The notes under the pieces were generated by a model that saw only the letters and a program-made list of their open reading frames with translations, ran no database searches and was not told the origin of the DNA. A DNA stretch of 64,000 nucleotides. Source: Actinomycetota bacterium. Lineage in GTDB: Bacteria > Actinomycetota > UBA4738 > HRBIN12. The translations under genes and the position numbers were made by a program. Numbering within the stretch: position 1 is the first letter of the stretch; each line of letters begins with the position of its first letter. The stretch is from contig DASTPT010000072.1 of assembly GCA_035762085.1 (NCBI GenBank), forward strand, positions 3,956-67,955, in the 5' to 3' direction. Positions 37,646 to 46,448 of the stretch are shown one piece after another.

Positions 37646-37854
37646 TGGAGGTCCTCGAGGCCGCGCTGACCGTCCTGCGCGAGGAGGGTGAGCCGCTGCA
37701 CTGGACGAGGATCCAGGACCTGGCGTTGCGCCGCGGGTACCTCGACCCGTTCACGCAGCCCGACATCCGGAAGCACCTGCTGGCGGCGCTCGCCCGCGCC
37801 GCGCGGGACGGCGCGGTGGTGAAGGACTCCACCGGCGTGTACCGGCTGCCATAG
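37645..37854 (+). CDS. stand-alone HARE-HTH-like small protein
   Basis: ATG 37645 shares one base with the upstream TGA (TGATG). MEVLEAALTVLREEGEPLHWTRI...STGVYRL resembles the HARE-HTH domain. Confidence 0.55.
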   Translation: MEVLEAALTVLREEGEPLHWTRIQDLALRRGYLDPFTQPDIRKHLLAALARAARDGAVVKDSTGVYRLP

Positions 37855-37909
37855 AGTCTCGGTCGTCGCGGACCCGGGCCACGGAGAGCCCGAGCCCGGG
37901 GCGGCGGGC

Positions 37910-38905
37910 CTAGCGGTACTCGATCCGGGTGAAGTGCTCGAGCTTCTCGAAGCTGTGCTCGGCCTCGATCCAGCGGACGGTCCCGGTCCGGGAGCGCATC
38001 ACGAGCGAATACGTCGTGGCGCCGTCGGGCCAGTACTTCACCCCTCGGAGCAGAGAGCCGGTCGTGATGCCGGTCGCGGCGAAGAACACGTCGTCCCCCG
38101 ACACCAGTTCGTCCGTCGTGAGGATCTTGTCGAGGTCGTAGCCCTGGTCCTCGAGCAGGCGGTGCTCGTCGTCGTTCCGGGGGAACAGGCGGCCCTGGAT
38201 CGCGCCGCCGAGGCACTTCATCGCGGCCGCGGCGATGACGCCCTCTGGCGTCCCGCCGATGCCGAGCAGCAGGTCGATGCCGGAGCGCCGGGTGGTCGCC
38301 GCGGCGATCGCGCCGGCGACGTCGCCGTCGGTGATCAGGAAGACCTTCGCGCCGATCTCGCGCACCGCCTTGATCATGTCGGTGTGGCGGTCACGGTCCA
38401 AGATCGTGACGGCCATCTCCTCGACGCGCTTCGCCTTCGCCTTCGCGACAAGGCGAACGTTCTCCTCCGGGGGCGCGGTGATGTCGATGACGTCGGCCGC
38501 CTCCGGGCCTGCCGCGACCTTTTCCATGTAGACGGCCGCGCCGGGGAAGAACATCGTGCCGCGCTCGGCGAGCGCGATGACCGAGAGCGCGTTCGGCTGC
38601 CCGACCGAGGTCAGGCGCGTGCCGTCGATCGGGTCGACGGCGACGTCGACGGCCGGTCCGTCGCCGTTGCCGACGGACTCGCCGTTGTAGAGCATCGGCG
38701 CCTCGTCCTTCTCGCCCTCGCCGATCACCACCACACCCTGCATCGAGACGGTGTCGACCATGAGTCGCATGCCGTCAACGGCGGCCTGGTCGGCGGCGAT
38801 CTTGTCCCCGCGGCCGATGAACGGGCCGGCGGCGAGGGCGGCCGCCTCGGTCACGCGGACCAGCTCGATGGCGAGGTTCCGGTCGGGTCGTTGCTCGTCG
38901 GACAT
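37910..38905 (-). CDS. glpX: class II fructose-1,6-bisphosphatase
   Basis: Full-length GlpX similarity ([33 protein letters not shown]). ATG 38905 lies behind AGGAGGGA. This is only the last 332 codons of the 1856-aa track ORF. Confidence 0.93.
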   Translation of the reverse strand: MSDEQRPDRNLAIELVRVTEAAALAAGPFIGRGDKIAADQAAVDGMRLMVDTVSMQGVVVIGEGEKDEAPMLYNGESVGNGDGPAVDVAVDPIDGTRLTSVGQPNALSVIALAERGTMFFPGAAVYMEKVAAGPEAADVIDITAPPEENVRLVAKAKAKRVEEMAVTILDRDRHTDMIKAVREIGAKVFLITDGDVAGAIAAATTRRSGIDLLLGIGGTPEGVIAAAAMKCLGGAIQGRLFPRNDDEHRLLEDQGYDLDKILTTDELVSGDDVFFAATGITTGSLLRGVKYWPDGATTYSLVMRSRTGTVRWIEAEHSFEKLEHFTRIEYR

Positions 38906-38946
38906 CGCGATCCCTCCTGCGCGGACGGGGAGCCGATGGGCCAATC

Positions 38947-39951
38947 CTATGCCGGTGGCTCGAACGGCGCCGGGGCGAGCCCGCGCTTCGCGTACCAGGC
39001 CAGCGTGCGACGGACCGTCGTCTCCATCGGCGTGTACGCGAGCCCCAGCTCGCGCTCGGCGCGCGAGCCGTCGTACCGGTGTCCGTGGAGCAGCGTGCGC
39101 ACCGCCTCGCGGCACAGCGGGAGGTCGCGGCGGACGAGGGCGCCGACCGCCTGTGCCACCTCGCCGGCGGCGGGCACCAGCCAGCGCGGCAGGAAGCGAA
39201 CGTGTTCGGGTCGACCGGTCAGGCCTCGGAGCACCGCGACGGCCTCGCGCACGCCGACCGTGAAGCCGTTCAGCAGATAGCGCTCGCCGGCCACGCCGTC
39301 GGCCTCGGCCAGGAGGTGACCCGCGGTGCAATCCTCGACGTCGACGACCGACAGGGCGGTCTCGACGACCACGGGGAGCCTGCCGTTGACCAGGTCCAGC
39401 AGCAGACGCGCCGAGCCGCTGAGGCGGCCGGGCCCCTGAACCGAGGAGGGGTTCACGCACACGACGTCCAGCTCGAGCTGTCGCGCCCAGCTCGTCACGC
39501 GACGCTCGGCCAGGTGCTTCGAGCGCTCGTAGTGCGAGAGGTACGAGCCGCGATGCGGTGAGTCCTCGCGCCCGACGGTGCCGCGCACCTCGCCGATCGC
39601 GGAGGCCGAGGACGTGTAGACCATGCGGCGTAGGCCGGCCGCGACGGCGGCTCGAACGACGTTGCCCGACCCCTCGACGTTCACACGGTACATCGGGCGC
39701 GGGTCCCGGACGCACATCGCGTTCACGCCGGCGGCATGGAACACGACCTCGCACCCCCGCATCGCCTCGACGAGCGACTCGAGGTGGAGCACGTCGCCCC
39801 GCGCCGGCGTCGCCCCGAGCGATGCGGCGCGCGCGGTCGCGTCCGGGGACCGGGCGAGCGCCCGGACGTCGCGCCCCTGGGCGACCAGGCGCTCGAGGAG
39901 CGCGCCGCCGACGAACCCCGAGCCGCCGGTCACGAGGACGGGACCGGCCAC
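38947..39951 (-). CDS. NAD-dependent epimerase/dehydratase (extended SDR)
   Basis: [14 protein letters not shown] Rossmann motif and YxxxK (YERSKHLAE). Confidence 0.85.
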   Translation of the reverse strand: MAGPVLVTGGSGFVGGALLERLVAQGRDVRALARSPDATARAASLGATPARGDVLHLESLVEAMRGCEVVFHAAGVNAMCVRDPRPMYRVNVEGSGNVVRAAVAAGLRRMVYTSSASAIGEVRGTVGREDSPHRGSYLSHYERSKHLAERRVTSWARQLELDVVCVNPSSVQGPGRLSGSARLLLDLVNGRLPVVVETALSVVDVEDCTAGHLLAEADGVAGERYLLNGFTVGVREAVAVLRGLTGRPEHVRFLPRWLVPAAGEVAQAVGALVRRDLPLCREAVRTLLHGHRYDGSRAERELGLAYTPMETTVRRTLAWYAKRGLAPAPFEPPA

Positions 39952-39954
39952 CGA

Positions 39955-40542
39955 CTACTTCTTCGCCGCCCGGGCGGAGCGCGGGATCGAGCCCACGAAC
40001 CGCATCAGGTACTCGACCCCCGAGCCGATCGTCACGAATGCGGCGGCGAGCATCGCCCACTGGTCCAGGTACAGGTCGCCGATCGGCTCGCCCAGGCGCC
40101 AGATCGCGAGCGTGATCGCGACGAACTGGACGTTCGCCTTCAGCTTCCCCCAGATCGATGGCTTCATCACCTCGCCGCCGGCGGCCACCACGCCGCGGAG
40201 GCCGAGGATCAGGAGCTCGCGGCCGACGATGATGAACGCGATCCACGGCGACGCACGACCGACCGCGACGAGCGCCACGAGCACGCCCGAGACGAGCAGC
40301 TTGTCCGCGGTCGTGTCGAGGAAGTTGCCGAGGACCGTGACGCGCTTCCATCGCCGCGCCAGATACCCGTCGAAGAAGTCGGTGATCGCGGCAAAGGCGA
40401 ACAGCCAGCCGGCGATCGCGTAGGCGTGCTCGGTGTCGTCGCCGATCAGGACGAGCCACATGATCACCGGGACGAGGATCGCCCGTAGATAGGTGATCCC
40501 CTCCAGGAAGATCGCGGCGCGTCGATCGGCGGCTTCGCTCAC
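39955..40542 (-). CDS. pgsA: CDP-alcohol phosphatidyltransferase (PgsA-like)
   Basis: D-x2-DG-x2-AR-x8-G-x3-D-x3-D motif present as [26 protein letters not shown]. Confidence 0.85.
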   Translation of the reverse strand: MSEAADRRAAIFLEGITYLRAILVPVIMWLVLIGDDTEHAYAIAGWLFAFAAITDFFDGYLARRWKRVTVLGNFLDTTADKLLVSGVLVALVAVGRASPWIAFIIVGRELLILGLRGVVAAGGEVMKPSIWGKLKANVQFVAITLAIWRLGEPIGDLYLDQWAMLAAAFVTIGSGVEYLMRFVGSIPRSARAAKK

Positions 40543-40584
40543 GGGCGCTCCGCCCGCATCCTACCCCGCGGGGCGCGGCGGCCC

Positions 40585-43059
40585 TCAGTCGGCCTCGCGT
40601 GCAACCAGCTCGCGTACGGCCTCCGCGCTCGGGAGCTCGAGGGCGTGGGCCGCGAGCTCGCGCGCCCGACCGAGGTCGACGCCCCGCACGACCCGCTTCA
40701 CGCCGGGGATCGCCGGGGCGCTCATCGAGAGCTCGGTCACGCCCAGGCCGAGGAGCAATGGCGTCGCCGCCTCGTCGCCGGCCAGCTCGCCGCAGACGCC
40801 GACCCACCGACCGTGCTCCACCGCCGCCGCGCACGTCGACCCGATCAGGCGCAGCACGGCGGGGTGCAACGCGTCCGAGAGCGCGGCCACGCGCTCGTTC
40901 CCGCGGTCGGCCGCGAGCGTGTACTGCGTGAGGTCGTTCGTCCCGATGGAGAAGAAGTCGGCCTCCGGCGCGAGCGCCGACGCGGTGAGCGCGGCCGACG
41001 GAACCTCGACCATGATGCCGACCTGCAACCCCGCCGGAAGCGGGACGCCGAGACCTTCCGCCGCAGCGCCCACCGCCGCACGCGCCGCACGGAGCTCCTC
41101 GACCGTGGCGACCATCGGGAACATCAGGCGGATGGGATGGTCGGCCGCAACCCGGAGGATCGCGCGCAGCTGCGTCACCAACAGCTCGGGGCGCTCGAGC
41201 CCGAGCCGCAGGCCGCGCATCCCGAGGAAGGGGTTCGCCTCGCGCGGCTGCGCCAGGTACGGGAGCGGCTTGTCCGCGCCGACGTCGAGCGTACGCACGA
41301 CCATCGGCCGCCCGCGGAGCGTTTCCGCCGCTCGCCGGTACGCCGCCTCCTGCTCGTCCTCCGAGGGCATCTGCCCGCGCTCCATGAACAGGAACTCGGT
41401 GCGGAAGAGCCCGACGCCGTCGCAGCCCGCCTCGACGGCGGCACCGACCTCCTCCGGGGAGCCGACGTTCGCCGCCACCTCCACCGTCACGCCGTCGACG
41501 GTGACCGCCGGCGCCTGCGCCTCCGCGCGGGCCGAGCGGTCCGCCTCGGCGCGGGCGCGCCGGCGCTCCTCGAGTTCGGCGGTCACTTCGGCCGAGGGCT
41601 CCACGTGCAACAGCCCGGCGTCGCCGTCGAGCGCGAGCGCGGTCCCCTCGGCGATCTCCAGCGCGCGGTCTCCGAGACCCACGACCGCCGGGATCCCGAG
41701 CGATCGCGCCAGGATCGCGGCGTGCGACGTGGGCCCGCCGAACGCGGTCGCGATGCCGAGCGCGAGCGCCGGGTCGAGCCCGGCCGCATCGGCCGGCGTG
41801 AGATCGGGGGCCACGAGGATGCCCGGCCCCTCGAGCCTCGGCCTCGGCGCCGGCACCCCGAGGAGGTGCGCGAGCACCTGCAGGCCGACGCTGCGGAGGT
41901 CGGCCGCACGGGCGCGCATGTAGTCGTCCTCGAGCGCCTCCCACTCGGCCGCCATCGCCTCGACCGCCGCGCTCCACGCGGTCGGCGCGTCGCGGCCCCG
42001 GTCCCGGATCTCGGCGCGGACGGGGTCGAGCAGCATCTCGTCCTGCAGGAACAACCGGTGGGCGTCGAAGATCGCCGCCTGGTACTCGCCGGCGCGGCCG
42101 GCCACGGCCGCGCGCTGCGCGTCGATGTCCACCGCCGTGGCCTCGAGCGCATCCTGCAGCGCCCGGGCCTCGACGGCGGGATCCGTCGCCTCGCGCTCGG
42201 GGAACTCGAGGACCGGCGGCCGGAACCGCCGTGCGACGCCGAGCGCCACGCCCGGCGAGGTGGCCACGCCGGCGAGCGCGCCGGCGGGCGCCGCGGGTCC
42301 CGACGCGGTCACGACCGGCTCCTCGACGGTCCGCTCGTCGAAGCCGCGGTCGGCGAGCCCGCGCACGGCCTCGAGCGCCCGATCCGCCTCGGGGCCCGTT
42401 GCGAAGACCTCGATCTCGTCCCCCCTGGCGACGCCGAGCGTGGCGACCGCGTTCAGGCTCCGCGCGGTCACCGGCCCGCGCCCGCCGCTCACGTTGGCGA
42501 CACGGACGTCGGCGTCGAACCCCGAGGCGATCTGGACGAACCGGGCCGCCGGCCGGGCGTGCAGGCCGTGCGGGTTCTCGACGACGAGGCGGACCGAGCG
42601 GGCCTGCCCCGCGTCGAAGGCCGCCGGCGCCTCGGTCGGCGCGGCTTCGCCGCCGCCGAGGTGGGCGATCTTCGGCGCCAGCCCGCCGCGCGCCTCCGCG
42701 GCCACCTGCTCGGCGCTCGCGCCGAGCTTGGCCGTGACGGCCGCCGCGACTGCCCCCTCGACGAACGGCGCCTCGCAGAGGAGGACCTTCCCGCGCTTGT
42801 CCTCGGGCAGCATCTCGAGGGCCATCTCGGCCGACAGGACCGCGCTGCCCAGGTCCATGAGGACGACCACGCCGTCGTCGGACCATGCGCGCTCGATCGC
42901 GGCTACGACCAGGACGGCATCGGTTCCAACGGGGTGATCGGGCGCGTCCAGTCCGCCGGCGGTCTCGAGCTTGACCTCGGGCCCGCCCATCTCGCGCGCC
43001 AGCTCGGCCGCGCCCTCGGCCAGCTTCCAGCTGTGCGAGACGAGGACGAGCCCGACCAC
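40585..43059 (-). CDS. dhaM: DhaM multiphosphoryl transfer protein: EIIA(Man)-like + HPr + complete Enzyme I
   Basis: N-terminal [13 protein letters not shown] (DhaM/EIIA-Man). HPr domain [16 protein letters not shown] domain with [21 protein letters not shown] and C-terminal PEP-utilising [12 protein letters not shown]. Confidence 0.9.
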   Translation of the reverse strand: MVGLVLVSHSWKLAEGAAELAREMGGPEVKLETAGGLDAPDHPVGTDAVLVVAAIERAWSDDGVVVLMDLGSAVLSAEMALEMLPEDKRGKVLLCEAPFVEGAVAAAVTAKLGASAEQVAAEARGGLAPKIAHLGGGEAAPTEAPAAFDAGQARSVRLVVENPHGLHARPAARFVQIASGFDADVRVANVSGGRGPVTARSLNAVATLGVARGDEIEVFATGPEADRALEAVRGLADRGFDERTVEEPVVTASGPAAPAGALAGVATSPGVALGVARRFRPPVLEFPEREATDPAVEARALQDALEATAVDIDAQRAAVAGRAGEYQAAIFDAHRLFLQDEMLLDPVRAEIRDRGRDAPTAWSAAVEAMAAEWEALEDDYMRARAADLRSVGLQVLAHLLGVPAPRPRLEGPGILVAPDLTPADAAGLDPALALGIATAFGGPTSHAAILARSLGIPAVVGLGDRALEIAEGTALALDGDAGLLHVEPSAEVTAELEERRRARAEADRSARAEAQAPAVTVDGVTVEVAANVGSPEEVGAAVEAGCDGVGLFRTEFLFMERGQMPSEDEQEAAYRRAAETLRGRPMVVRTLDVGADKPLPYLAQPREANPFLGMRGLRLGLERPELLVTQLRAILRVAADHPIRLMFPMVATVEELRAARAAVGAAAEGLGVPLPAGLQVGIMVEVPSAALTASALAPEADFFSIGTNDLTQYTLAADRGNERVAALSDALHPAVLRLIGSTCAAAVEHGRWVGVCGELAGDEAATPLLLGLGVTELSMSAPAIPGVKRVVRGVDLGRARELAAHALELPSAEAVRELVAREAD

Positions 43060-43068
43060 GGCGAGGCC

Positions 43069-43470
43069 TCAGGCGCGCGTCGCGAGCGTGCCGACGAGGA
43101 AGAAGCCGTACGCGACCGTCGCGATGCCGAGCACCCACAGCCCCAGGTCGATCCGGCGCCGGGCGCGCCCGCTGAACCCCATGTCCAACAGGACGGCGCG
43201 GAGGCCCAGCAGGGCGTGGGTCGTGACGGTGACGAGGAAGAAGCACTCCACCGTGAAGATCAGCGGGCTGGCGATGTAGTCCAGCACCTGCTGGTACGAG
43301 CGCAGCCCCCCCACCTCCTGGACGACGAAGTGATGGGCGATCATGTGCACGACCAGCAGCACGAGCAGCGCCACGCCCGTGATGACGGTCCAGCGCCACA
43401 CGCGGACGGACTTGCCGCCGGGGATCGGGCGACGCTTCGTGGGGACGGGGCGGGTCGGGGCGACGTCCAT
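43069..43470 (-). CDS. SdhD-like hydrophobic membrane anchor subunit
   Basis: 133 aa with three TM segments and His residues inside helices ([18 protein letters not shown]). A 2-nt gap separates it from the upstream anchor gene. Confidence 0.7.
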   Translation of the reverse strand: MDVAPTRPVPTKRRPIPGGKSVRVWRWTVITGVALLVLLVVHMIAHHFVVQEVGGLRSYQQVLDYIASPLIFTVECFFLVTVTTHALLGLRAVLLDMGFSGRARRRIDLGLWVLGIATVAYGFFLVGTLATRA

Positions 43471-43472
43471 CC

Positions 43473-43922
43473 CTACTCACCCCCCAGGACGTGGATCGCG
43501 CTGTAGACCAGGAGGGTCGTCCCGATCACGGTGAAGGCCCAGAACAGGGCCTTCTGCCGGTCGGGGACGACCCCCGTGCCGACGAGCGCGACGCGCACGC
43601 CGTTCAGGCCGTGGAACAGGATGCCGAAGATGAGCAGGACGTCGAGCAGCAGGAACACCGTGTTCGTCGCCAGCTCGACGAAGTCGTTCCACATCGACTC
43701 CCCGACGAGCAGCATCGAGAGCACGGCGAGGTGCAGGTAGAGGTAGAAGACGAGGCCGAGGCCCGTGATCCGGTTCGCCGCGAACGCCCACGACCCGATC
43801 GTGCGGCCGCGCGGGTCGAACCAGCCGGTCGGCGTGACCCCGATACCCTTGCGCAGCACCGGCCCTCGGCGTGACCGCTCCTCGCTGCCCGGGATCTGAT
43901 CGGTGGTCGTCGGCTGGCTCAT
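43473..43922 (-). CDS. SdhC-like cytochrome b membrane anchor subunit
   Basis: 149 aa with three TM segments containing His ([19 protein letters not shown]). ATG 43922 overlaps the Fe-S subunit stop (ATGA), with GGAGGG upstream. Confidence 0.7.
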   Translation of the reverse strand: MSQPTTTDQIPGSEERSRRGPVLRKGIGVTPTGWFDPRGRTIGSWAFAANRITGLGLVFYLYLHLAVLSMLLVGESMWNDFVELATNTVFLLLDVLLIFGILFHGLNGVRVALVGTGVVPDRQKALFWAFTVIGTTLLVYSAIHVLGGE

Positions 43923-44686
43923 CGGATTCCCTCCATCCGATCCGGGGTCACGAGCGCGCCGCCGGTGAGCACGCCGCGGAGCGCCATGATCCGGGCGGCG
44001 GGGTTCACGTTCGAGGGGCAGGCCTCGCTGCACTCGAAGGCCGCGTGGCAGCGCCACACGCCGTCCGGCTCGTCGGCCCAGTTGAGCAGCCCGGTGATGT
44101 CGGCGCCGCGTGGCTCCTCGTGCATCCGCTGTGCAGCGGCGAGCGCGGCCGGGCCGACGTAGCGGTCGGTCGTCGCCGCGATCGGACACGCGGACAGGCA
44201 CAGGCCGCACTCGATGCAGTCCTCGTAGCGGATGTACGTGGGGATGCCGTCCGGCGTCGTGGCCTCGGCGTTGAACTCGCTCGAGCGCACGTACGGGTAC
44301 TCGTCCGGGAATCGCGCGTAGAACTCGTCCATGTCCACCACGAGATCGGCCAGCACGGGGACGTTCGCGATCGGCTCGACGGTGATGTCCAGCCCGAGGT
44401 CGTGCACGTCCGTCACGCACATCAGGACCTCGCGGCCGTTCACGCGCACACCGCAGGTGCCGCACGAGGCGTGGAAGCACGAGTGCCGCAGCATCAACGA
44501 CGGGTCCTGGTGGAGCTGGATCCACTTCAGCGCGTCGAGGAGCGTCATCCGCTCGGCGAGCGGCACGTCGAACGTGTCGACGTGCGAGGCCTCGTCGCCT
44601 CGCTTGTACCGGAAGACGTGGAACCGCCGGGACTCGGTCGCCCCGGCTGCGGCTGGCTGGTCGGTTGCGGTCTGCACGGCGCTCAC
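43919..44686 (-). CDS. succinate dehydrogenase/fumarate reductase-type iron-sulfur subunit
   Basis: 2Fe-2S motif SCFHASCGTCGVRVNGREVLMC, 4Fe-4S motif CIECGLCLSACP, 3Fe-4S motif CHAAFECSEACP. Confidence 0.9.
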   Translation of the reverse strand: MSAVQTATDQPAAAGATESRRFHVFRYKRGDEASHVDTFDVPLAERMTLLDALKWIQLHQDPSLMLRHSCFHASCGTCGVRVNGREVLMCVTDVHDLGLDITVEPIANVPVLADLVVDMDEFYARFPDEYPYVRSSEFNAEATTPDGIPTYIRYEDCIECGLCLSACPIAATTDRYVGPAALAAAQRMHEEPRGADITGLLNWADEPDGVWRCHAAFECSEACPSNVNPAARIMALRGVLTGGALVTPDRMEGIR

Positions 44687-44687
44687 C

Positions 44688-45869
44688 TCAGGCGGCGGAG
44701 TAGTAGGCGGTGTGGGGGAGCAGGACGGTGTCGCGGGTCCTGCACTCGGCCTCGATGCCGAGCTTGCCGCAGATCACGTTCGCGCAGAGCTCGGCCATGC
44801 CTCGGAGCGTGGTGCCCTTGCCTCCCGTGATCGTGACGAACCCCTCGACGCCGTCGGACTCCCTGTGATCGAAGGTCTTGAAGGTGCGAGACAGCTCGCG
44901 TCCGGTGTCGGCCTCGCCCCGCGAGCCGATGAGGGGCCGGGCGGCCGACCACGCTGCACGGAACTCGGCGCGGCTCACGGCGGGGACGAGCTTCGCGCCC
45001 TCCTCGTACATCCGCTGCACGTGGTCCTCCGGCACCCCGAGGTCGTCCGGATCCTCCACGGTCCAGGAGCTGGTCCCGACGACCGAGAGCCCGCGCTGCG
45101 GAACGATGATGTCGCCGTCGCCCGACTTGTGGAGCCGGTTCAGCACCATGTTGCACAGGCGGCCCCGCAACGCCAGGAGCACACCTGGCGACGGGCGGAT
45201 CGGGACGTCCACTCCGGCCATCCGCGCGATGTGCTCGGACCACGGCCCGGTGGCGTTCACGACGATGTCGGCGCGGATCGTCCCCTCCTTGCCGGTGACG
45301 TGATCGCGCACCACGGCGCCGGACACGACGCGATCGGTGACGACCAGGTCCAGCACCTCGATGTAGGGATGGATCGATGCCCCGTTGTGTTTGGCCGTGG
45401 CGAAGAACCGCAGTGGCATCCGCATAGCGTCCATCGTGCCGTCCGGGATCCGCACGGCAGCCTTCAGCTCCGGGTTCAGGTTCGGCTCGAGCGCGAGCGC
45501 CTCGGAGGGTGTGAGCTGCTGCGTCGGGATGCCGCTCTCGGCGCACCCCTTGAGGAAGGGCTCGAGGTACTCCATGTCCTCGTCGTCGATCGCCACGAAC
45601 AGGCCGTCGTTCTCCTCGAACGAGCCGGGGCAGATCCGGCGGAGGATCATGTTCTCCTCGATGCACTCGACGGCGGACTCCTGGTCCCCGACGGCGTAGC
45701 GCGCCCCGCTGTGGAGGAGCCCGTGGTGGCGGCCCGTCGTCCCCGAGGTCACCTCCCCGCGCTCGACGAGCGTGACCTTCAGGCCGCGGAGCGTGAGGTC
45801 GTGCGCGAGCGCCCCCCCGGTCCCTCCGCCGCCGACGATCAGGATGTGTGCGGGCGCGGTGACGGACAC
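44688..45869 (-). CDS. glpA: FAD-dependent glycerol-3-phosphate dehydrogenase, GlpA-like short form
   Basis: ILIVGGGGTGGALAHDL and TSGTTGRHHGLLHSGARYAV match the GlpA/GlpD N-terminal signatures. 393 aa with no C-terminal Cys-rich domain. GTG 45869 lies behind GGGAGG. Confidence 0.88.
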   Translation of the reverse strand: MSVTAPAHILIVGGGGTGGALAHDLTLRGLKVTLVERGEVTSGTTGRHHGLLHSGARYAVGDQESAVECIEENMILRRICPGSFEENDGLFVAIDDEDMEYLEPFLKGCAESGIPTQQLTPSEALALEPNLNPELKAAVRIPDGTMDAMRMPLRFFATAKHNGASIHPYIEVLDLVVTDRVVSGAVVRDHVTGKEGTIRADIVVNATGPWSEHIARMAGVDVPIRPSPGVLLALRGRLCNMVLNRLHKSGDGDIIVPQRGLSVVGTSSWTVEDPDDLGVPEDHVQRMYEEGAKLVPAVSRAEFRAAWSAARPLIGSRGEADTGRELSRTFKTFDHRESDGVEGFVTITGGKGTTLRGMAELCANVICGKLGIEAECRTRDTVLLPHTAYYSAA

Positions 45870-45927
45870 GGCTCATCGACCTCCCGAGCGCCCCGGCGCC
45901 GAGGCGACCCGAGGCCCGACGTGCGAA

Positions 45928-45950
45928 GGGGCGGGCAGATCGCCCGCCCC
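45928..45950 (-). terminator. GC hairpin (9-bp stem GGGGCGGGC/GCCCGCCCC, 5-nt loop) between the small repeat-protein gene and the glpA-like gene
   Basis: Perfect inverted repeat read directly from the sequence. No U-tract, so terminator function is uncertain. Confidence 0.35.
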
Positions 45951-46056
45951 ACCACGGACGACGCCCCCGAACTCTCCGGACGTGCGTCCCATACGGACCG
46001 AGTGTGCCATCGGCGTCGGGGAGCGACGCGGGACGGTCGCCCCCTCCGGCGCCGGA

Positions 46057-46260
46057 CTATCGCTCCTTCTGGCCCTCGGCGAACCCGGTCTTGCGGTGCG
46101 CCTCCTCGTCGTGATCCATCTCCTGGCCCTCGGCGAAGTTGCCGTGGTGCTCGTCGTGCTCCTGATGGCCCGATTGCTGCCCCTCGGCGAAGTCGCCGTC
46201 GTGGCGCTTCTCGTCGCGGGACTCCTGTCCCTCGGCGAAGTTCCCGTGCTCGTCGCCCAT
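46057..46260 (-). CDS. 67-aa His/Asp/Glu-rich protein with four G-x-FAEGQ repeats, unknown function
   Basis: ATG 46260 lies 6 nt after GGAGGTGG. Third codon positions are G/C-rich. Sequence: MGDEHGNFAEGQESRDEKRHDGDFAEGQQSGHQEHDEHHGNFAEGQEMDHDEEAHRKTGFAEGQKER. Confidence 0.65.
   Translation of the reverse strand: MGDEHGNFAEGQESRDEKRHDGDFAEGQQSGHQEHDEHHGNFAEGQEMDHDEEAHRKTGFAEGQKER
46069..46239 (-). repeat. in-frame coding tandem repeat (units spaced 54/54/48 nt) encoding FAEGQ
   Basis: Plus-strand core CTG(G/C/T)CCCTCGGCGAA starts at 46069, 46123, 46177 and 46225. Confidence 0.8.
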
Positions 46261-46374
46261 GTTCCACCTCCGTCGTCGATGCGACACGTGTCCGTATACC
46301 CGGGGTGGCCGGGCGTTACGCGCTCGGGACGGGTTCGTGCGTGGCGGTACGTCACGGTTGCGTCTCCCGCTCGG

Positions 46375-46438
46375 GCGACCGGCCCCGAGCCGGTCGCGCC
46401 GCCGGCGGGGGCGGCGGCGCAGTGGCCGCCCCCGCCGG
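46375..46438 (-). terminator. tandem GC hairpins directly downstream of glpK
   Basis: 14-bp perfect stem 46402-46415/46425-46438 (CCGGCGGGGGCGGC...GCCGCCCCCGCCGG, 9-nt loop) plus an 8-bp stem GCGACCGG/CCGGTCGC at 46375-46397. The first hairpin begins 11 nt after the glpK stop. No U-tract. Confidence 0.5.
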
Positions 46439-46448
46439 GCGCGCGTCC

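Noticed and set aside
37910-43480. 1856-aa ORF on the minus strand, the longest in the track
   Set aside because: Only the last 332 codons (from ATG 38905, behind AGGAGGGA) encode GlpX. The upstream translation is Arg/Gly/Pro/Ala-rich low-complexity sequence running out of frame across the epimerase, pgsA, dhaM and sdhD-like genes, all of which have clear motifs in other frames. It is a GC-driven absence of stop codons.
40645-43506. 953-aa plus-strand ORF
   Set aside because: It is antisense to dhaM, whose three domains are unmistakable. This is a shadow ORF.
44683-45876. 397-aa ORF with an ATG start overlapping the glpA-like gene
   Set aside because: It lies in a different frame from the GlpA-motif-bearing ORF (44688-45869), and its translation is Arg-rich nonsense.
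46069-46239. Regularly spaced repeats (about 54-nt period) that could be mistaken for a mini CRISPR array
   Set aside because: The repeats are only about 15 nt long, lie in frame within a well-supported small ORF and encode FAEGQ. No cas genes are present in the window.
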